Virus record (IMG/VR): IMGVR_UViG_3300035670_013228
Span: 1-64,000 of that record
DNA from: a virus
Reading direction: 5' to 3' (one strand)
DNA length: 64,000 nt
Shown here: piece after piece, positions 58,679 to 64,000 of the stretch
Numbering within the stretch: the first letter of the stretch is position 1
Layout of the letters: the number at the start of each line of letters is the position of its first letter
Translations under genes and position numbers: made by a program
Notes under the pieces: generated by a model
What the model saw: the letters and a program-made list of their open reading frames with translations, nothing else
Told to the model about the DNA's origin: nothing
Databases searched by the model: none

Positions 58679-58992
58679 TGTGTTATATGGAGAATCTAGA
58701 AAGACTACGATTTTATATAGAAAAAAGAATACAAACAACTATGATAGGAGCACTAAGCAAATTTGAAAATAATTTTGGATATCTATGGGGACATCATATT
58801 AAAAATGAAGACGACCTGACTCCCCAACAATTAGACTTTGGTGATTTGTGGGAGACCACAAGAAATGAAATTCTTAACCAGGGTAATAATCAAATACGTC
58901 AAGTGAAAGAAGATTTTTACAGATATGGTGGAGGATTCAAACAAAACTACTTTTATAACTTTAGACCACCCCAAGACTCGGATTCCAATTAA
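58678..58992 (+). CDS. Hypothetical protein (start may be ATG 58687)
   Basis: Co-oriented ORF with an upstream AGGAAAGGA. Confidence 0.65.
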   Translation: MCYMENLERLRFYIEKRIQTTMIGALSKFENNFGYLWGHHIKNEDDLTPQQLDFGDLWETTRNEILNQGNNQIRQVKEDFYRYGGGFKQNYFYNFRPPQDSDSN

Positions 58993-59006
58993 GAAAGGAA
59001 CTGCAA

Positions 59007-59876
59007 ATGAAGACAGAAGAATTTAAAGCTACTATTAATAATGAGGAAAAAACTTTTTTGGTAAGATCTCCATCTTTACAAGATCAAAGAGAAGCTCAAA
59101 AAGTTTATAATAGAGCTTTTACAGACGCTATCAAAAGTAATAGCGTTGTTAGAGCCAAGATGGATGATGTATTAGAAGAACAAGGATTATGGAATAAAGA
59201 AAAACAAGCTAAATATACAGAACTTCAAGAAGAACTACTAGCAGGAGAAAAAAAGCTAGCAAAAGGAGGTTTTTCAATAACAGAAGCTAAAAAACTTGCT
59301 CTAAAAATGAGAGATATTAGAGCAGATCTCAGAGATTTGATCAGTGTGCGTACAAGTTTAGATAATCATAGTGCGGAAGGTCAAGCAGATAATGCTAGAT
59401 TTAATTATTTAGTTAGCGTTTGTGTGGTGTATAAAGATAATGAAAAACCATACTTTAAAGATCTTGAAGATTACATGGATCGTGCAACAGATCCTGTGGC
59501 TTTGAGCGGAGCGCAAAAACTTGCTAACTTAATTTATGGTTTAGATAATAATTATGAGAAAAATTTACCCGAAAATAAATTTTTGAAAAAATATAAATTT
59601 GTAAATGATGATTTGAGATTTATAGATAAGAATGGCAGAACAGTAGATAGCGAAGGAAGATTGGTAGATAGTAAAGGTAGATATATTGATACTGATGGTA
59701 ACTATGTAGATAAAGATGGTAACAGAGTAGATGCAGACGGAGAGTATGTTTTTGACACACAACCATTCTTAGACGATAATGGTGTTCCTATTGTGGTAGA
59801 AGAGGATAAGAAACCAAATGAAACACAACCACAGCCACCAGAACCCACAGTTGCAACAAATACGGTTGTTTCATAA
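59007..59876 (+). CDS. Tail assembly chaperone-like protein with six 7-aa [VI]DxxGxx repeats
   Basis: Directly before the TMP; repeats at 59622-59747. Confidence 0.6.
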   Translation: MKTEEFKATINNEEKTFLVRSPSLQDQREAQKVYNRAFTDAIKSNSVVRAKMDDVLEEQGLWNKEKQAKYTELQEELLAGEKKLAKGGFSITEAKKLALKMRDIRADLRDLISVRTSLDNHSAEGQADNARFNYLVSVCVVYKDNEKPYFKDLEDYMDRATDPVALSGAQKLANLIYGLDNNYEKNLPENKFLKKYKFVNDDLRFIDKNGRTVDSEGRLVDSKGRYIDTDGNYVDKDGNRVDADGEYVFDTQPFLDDNGVPIVVEEDKKPNETQPQPPEPTVATNTVVS

Positions 59877-59906
59877 AAATATCTTTACTGATTTTTCTAT
59901 ATATAG

Positions 59907-59944
59907 CGCCATACTAATAGTTGTTAGTGTGGCGTTATTATTTT
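59907..59944 (+). terminator. Terminator-like hairpin just upstream of the TMP
   Basis: CGCCATACTAA-TAGTTG-TTAGTGTGGCG (11-bp stem, one G-U pair) followed by TTATTATTTT. Confidence 0.6.
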
Positions 59945-59958
59945 AATAAGGACGATCT

Positions 59959-62900
59959 ATGGCAAAAGGTTTTAATCTTACGGCCGAAATTAATTTAAGA
60001 GGACCATCCAATATTAGACAAGTTGTCTCTGATATTAGAAGACAACTTGGTACTATAGACACAAATATTAATGTGACTCTTAATGCTCAAACAAATAAGC
60101 AAATATCTACTCTAGATAGAAGTTTTAAAACGTTTAATAATACTTTGTCTCAAACTAGGGCATTAAGTGATTCTACAGCAAGATCATTAAGTCAATTAGG
60201 AAATGCAGCAAAAACCCTAAGTTCATCTTTACAGACCATTCCTCAGACTATGACGCAAATATCTCAAGCCGCAACAAAAGTGGCGACAGATAATAATAAA
60301 GCTAAAGTAGCTACTCAACAAATGTCAACAGAATTTGCTGAATTTGGAAGACAATCAGCATTGGCAGTAAGAAGATTTGCCGCATTTGCTACTGTAACCG
60401 GTGTTATATTCAAAGTTTCAAATGCTATTAATACTGCTACTAAAGATTTTGTGGATTTTAATAAAGCTCTTGTGCAAGTTGCTCAGGTAACAGATGCCCC
60501 GGTCTCCTCTCTTGATTTTTTGGTGAATAATATAACATCTTTATCCACTAAATTGGGAGTAGCATCCAAAGATCTAATAGAGGTTTCTAGAACTCTAAGC
60601 CAGGCAGGATTATCTGCAAAAGATACTTCGGCAGCATTAGAAGCATTGGCGCTGAGTACATTAGCTCCGTCTTTTGATGATCTCAATAATACTGTAGAAG
60701 GTAGTATTGCATTAATGAGACAGTTTAGTATAGGGGCCGGAGATCTTGGAAGCGCATTAGGTAGTATCAATGCTGTTGCCGCTAAGTTTGCTGTAGAAGC
60801 CGGAGATATAGTTACGGCCATTCAGCGTACTGGTGGTGTGTTTGCAAATGCAAGTAAAGGAGTTAGCGAAGGTACGGATGCTCTAAATGAATTTATTGCT
60901 GTTTTTACTAGTGTTCGTGCTACAACACGCGAAAGTGCTGAAACTATCGCTACTGGCTTAAGAACTATTTTTACTCGAATCCAAAGAGAAGAGACAATAA
61001 ATGCTTTAAAGGGATACGGAGTAGCTCTTACTGATCTAGAAGGCAAATTCGTTGGACCATATGAGGCTGTTCGTAGACTAGCTCAGGGACTAAGTCAACT
61101 AGATCCAAGAGAAATTAGATTTAGTAGAATTGTGGAAGAGCTAGGCGGTTTTCGCCAAATTGGTAAAGTTATCCCACTTATTCAACAGTTCTCTACTGCG
61201 CAACAAGCGTTGTCTGTTGCTCAAAGAGGATCTAGCTCTTTAGCTAGAGATGCTGTAACAGCACAATTAAGTTTAGCTAATCAAATAACTAAAGTAAGAG
61301 AAGAATTTACTGCATTAATCAGATCTATAGGACAAACAGAAGGATTTAGAGATATTGTAAGATTAACTTTGGATCTTACTAGTAATTTAATAAGAATAGC
61401 AGATGCGGCCAAGGGTGCTTTGCCAGCACTAACAGCCATATTTGCTATAAAGGGTTTTCAGGCATTAACTCAATTTGGTACTGGATTTTTAAGTGGAATA
61501 CGTAGAGGCAATAATAGAGGATTATCTACTGGCGGTAAAGTACTATCATTTTCTCAAGGAGGAACCGTTCCCGGTAGCGGAAGAGGAGATAAAGTACCAG
61601 CTTTATTAGAACCGGGCGAAGTTGTAATGAGTAATCGGGCTGTTAGACAGTATGGTAGAGGTAATTTAGTAAGAATGAATAAGTATGCTGATGGCGGATT
61701 ACAGTATAATCAAAAAGAATCTACAGTAAGGGCTCATGCTATAGATCCAAAGAGATATGGTAGTAAAATAACTAAAAAAGAATATCTGGCACTATCTGGT
61801 AAGCGTAGTATCGGTAAAAAAATACAAAGCATTATTAATGGACGAGATTTAGAAGTTATTCCAAACTTTACAATAGCTTTGCCAGAATCTTTTAATAGAG
61901 CAATGAGAAGAGGTGGTTCTGGAAAAATACCTTTACCAGAATTTAAAAAGGCTCTTGATTCGCCATACTTATTATACGGTTCTAATGCAGAAAAGCTTAG
62001 TGGTAGAACTAAACGACAAGGTATCGGCAATATTCCTGCTAAAACAGTACAAGAAATTAGAAAGGCTTTCAAAGCAGAGGTGGATAGAACAGCCGAACCA
62101 CCTGCACCAGGATATATTAGTAGAGATGAGCAAATTTATAGATTCGCTGATATCGCTAAAAGCATATTAACTAGAGAAAAATTATGGAAATCAAGACCGC
62201 TGGAAATAATGTCTAGATCTTCCACTAGTACTGGAGGTACTCAATCCAGAGATTTTGTTCCAAAAATGATTGCACAACAATTTAAACCATTTAAGAATGG
62301 TGGAATTGCTAGTCGTCAAATTGGATATATAGATTATGATGTTATAGCTAATCCAGCTAATGAAGCGGTAGTATCTAAAGGAATGGAAGCTACCGGAGTA
62401 ACCGGCCCAAGATTATATGCTGATTACTTAACAAATCTTGCTGTTAAGCGTCGCAAAGAAGCCGGATTAGAAAAACTGCGAGCAATCTATGGAGTTGCCG
62501 GAGCAGGAAAAACTACACTTGCTCGAGGACAAGGCACAGACAAAGCATCATTAAGAGAAACAACAAGATTTCCAATATTAAGTCCAGAAGATATAAATAA
62601 AGCCAGTGAGGTTATAGTATTAAGTAGTAGTGTATCTCAGAAAAAACTTGACGAAATATTTAGTAATGTTGATAGAGCATATACTCTTAGCACAACAACA
62701 GCATCAGAAAAAGAAAGAATTAAATCTCAACGGGAGTCAAGAGATACTACAGGAATAGGATTAGAAGGAAGAAAACCCGGTGGTACAATTGGTATAGAAA
62801 ACGATACTGCAATTAGCGAAGCTTTATTATCAGATAGATTGGGTAAAAAATCTGTAGTATTAGGACGCTCATCTAGTGGCAAACTAAGACGAAAAACCGG

Positions 62901-64000
62901 AAATGAATTAGTAGAAGTTGTTAAGAAAAAAATAGGAGTAGCTTGGGGAGGTTTTGCTCCTATGACATTAGGTCACGAAAGTATTGTTGATAGTGCAAAA
63001 GCTATGGGTATAAGTCCAGAGGACTTCTTGTATATCGTTGGTAGTAATGAGGCAATCAAACTTGGAGACGCATCTTCGTATAGAACAGCAATTTTTAATC
63101 AAGACTCACGAGTACTATTAGCAAAAGCTGGTGCAGGAGCAAAAGGAGCAACAGTTTTACCAAAAGAAAAAGGATTCGAAATACCTTTAGGATTTGATAT
63201 AGGAGAATCTGGTGCTGATAGAAGAAAAGTATTATTACCAGGATCCGGTAGCGTTGCTTTTGTTGGCGACGAAAAATCAGAAGAAATATTACAAAAATAT
63301 AGAGATGCTGGCTACAAAACAAAATCCATAGGACGTATGGGCGATATTAGTGGAACAATGGTTCGAGATCTTATATCTCAGGGTAATTTAGGAGAACTAC
63401 AAAAAGTATTAAGTCCTAATGTTTATGAACTTATTAGTAATAATATTGGACGTATTCAAAATCGTGCTAATATTTTACCCAGTTTGATAGAACAAGTACA
63501 ACAAAGTCAAGCAGTTAAGTTAGCTGACGTTGAAAAACAAATAAAAAGTGTTGGTATTAGCAGAATTGATCAAAAGAAAATGAGCGATCCAGAATATGCC
63601 GCTAAGGCGGAGGCTTTATTAGAATTAAGAGCTCTTAGAGATAAAATTAAAAGCTCAGGATCATTTGAGCCATACAAACTATTAGATAGGTTAGCAGCCG
63701 ATCAACCAGAAAAGTACGGCTTAGACTTTACATTATCTAAACAAACCGAACCAAAACCAATAAGAACTGTTGGTCAACGACAAACTGCTAGTTTAGGAGG
63801 ATTAATTCAAAAATTAGCCGAAGGTGGAACAGTAGAAAGTATCGCTGCTAGAGATCAAAAATCTATTGAAGCTGTAGTGCTGGAACAATTGTCCAGCTTT
63901 GGAAATGCTAGTGGAGTTAAAAAAATATTAGGATTAGGAGCAGGAGACAGAGAGGCTAGCGCCATATTAAATGCTGGTAATATTAAAGCTGGTAAAAATA
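59959..64000 (+). CDS. Tape measure protein with C-terminal enzymatic cargo (at least 1347 aa, truncated by the window; not in ORF track)
   Basis: Translated by hand with no stop to the window end. TP901-type core (TRESAETIATGLRTIFTRIQ), GGTVPGSG.GDKVPALLEPGE.V motif, Walker A GVAGAGKT at aa 845, GGFAPMTLGH at about aa 997-1006, ISGTMVR at aa 1130. Confidence 0.9.
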   Translation, partial: MAKGFNLTAEINLRGPSNIRQVVSDIRRQLGTIDTNINVTLNAQTNKQISTLDRSFKTFNNTLSQTRALSDSTARSLSQLGNAAKTLSSSLQTIPQTMTQISQAATKVATDNNKAKVATQQMSTEFAEFGRQSALAVRRFAAFATVTGVIFKVSNAINTATKDFVDFNKALVQVAQVTDAPVSSLDFLVNNITSLSTKLGVASKDLIEVSRTLSQAGLSAKDTSAALEALALSTLAPSFDDLNNTVEGSIALMRQFSIGAGDLGSALGSINAVAAKFAVEAGDIVTAIQRTGGVFANASKGVSEGTDALNEFIAVFTSVRATTRESAETIATGLRTIFTRIQREETINALKGYGVALTDLEGKFVGPYEAVRRLAQGLSQLDPREIRFSRIVEELGGFRQIGKVIPLIQQFSTAQQALSVAQRGSSSLARDAVTAQLSLANQITKVREEFTALIRSIGQTEGFRDIVRLTLDLTSNLIRIADAAKGALPALTAIFAIKGFQALTQFGTGFLSGIRRGNNRGLSTGGKVLSFSQGGTVPGSGRGDKVPALLEPGEVVMSNRAVRQYGRGNLVRMNKYADGGLQYNQKESTVRAHAIDPKRYGSKITKKEYLALSGKRSIGKKIQSIINGRDLEVIPNFTIALPESFNRAMRRGGSGKIPLPEFKKALDSPYLLYGSNAEKLSGRTKRQGIGNIPAKTVQEIRKAFKAEVDRTAEPPAPGYISRDEQIYRFADIAKSILTREKLWKSRPLEIMSRSSTSTGGTQSRDFVPKMIAQQFKPFKNGGIASRQIGYIDYDVIANPANEAVVSKGMEATGVTGPRLYADYLTNLAVKRRKEAGLEKLRAIYGVAGAGKTTLARGQGTDKASLRETTRFPILSPEDINKASEVIVLSSSVSQKKLDEIFSNVDRAYTLSTTTASEKERIKSQRESRDTTGIGLEGRKPGGTIGIENDTAISEALLSDRLGKKSVVLGRSSSGKLRRKTGNELVEVVKKKIGVAWGGFAPMTLGHESIVDSAKAMGISPEDFLYIVGSNEAIKLGDASSYRTAIFNQDSRVLLAKAGAGAKGATVLPKEKGFEIPLGFDIGESGADRRKVLLPGSGSVAFVGDEKSEEILQKYRDAGYKTKSIGRMGDISGTMVRDLISQGNLGELQKVLSPNVYELISNNIGRIQNRANILPSLIEQVQQSQAVKLADVEKQIKSVGISRIDQKKMSDPEYAAKAEALLELRALRDKIKSSGSFEPYKLLDRLAADQPEKYGLDFTLSKQTEPKPIRTVGQRQTASLGGLIQKLAEGGTVESIAARDQKSIEAVVLEQLSSFGNASGVKKILGLGAGDREASAILNAGNIKAGKN

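Noticed and set aside
54438-59958. Contractile tail sheath gene
   Set aside because: No sheath-sized, sheath-like ORF between the neck genes and the TMP; one could still lie outside the window.
3802-63322. Many 60-170-aa antisense or alternate-frame ORFs (e.g. 9637-10155, 15498-16007, 24406-24732, 48455-48829, 61734-62072)
   Set aside because: Shadows of long genes with biased codon usage; no domains or start signals.
1-64000. tRNA or rRNA genes and alternative genetic code
   Set aside because: No cloverleaf-like sequence in the short intergenic gaps; genes are full length under the standard code.

Overview
This 64-kb window is part of a large, AT-rich, tailed dsDNA phage genome. It is probably a siphovirus-type phage, since no sheath gene lies between the neck genes and the tape measure. 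A Planctomycetota-like host is a weak inference. Layout: (1) 1-1272 is a visibly GC-richer stretch where four small minus-strand genes sit between two copies of a ~200-bp structured repeat unit. (2) 1367-2795 holds a GIY-YIG+HNH double endonuclease and a small DNA-binding protein. (3) 2880-13469 holds a phage sigma factor, a coiled-coil protein, GDP-mannose 4,6-dehydratase, HNH and ERCC4 nucleases, terminase, portal, protease/scaffold, decoration protein and major capsid protein. (4) 13576-54435 holds about 37 kb of fibre/adhesin genes: Mtd-N, S74 chaperone, FN3, LCCL, LamG, cadherin, YHYH, three Cys-rich paralogs and a 4465-aa giant. A sulfotransferase/HAD insert and a probable head-tail connector interrupt this block. 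(5) 54438-64000 holds neck, tail tube and chaperone genes and a tape measure protein (TMP) that runs off the window and is missing from the ORF track. The strongest new signal is in the TMP C-terminal half: modules bracketed by repeated xxxGG linkers include a P-loop motif and a HIGH-family (NMNAT/CoaD-like) nucleotidyltransferase, which suggests virion-injected enzymes. Other notable signals are the palindrome-rich repeat/cassette region, a candidate single-box late promoter (RGTGTA), and the Cys-rich paralog triad. All annotations come from motif recognition by eye; no database searches were run. No tRNA, rRNA or CRISPR array was seen.
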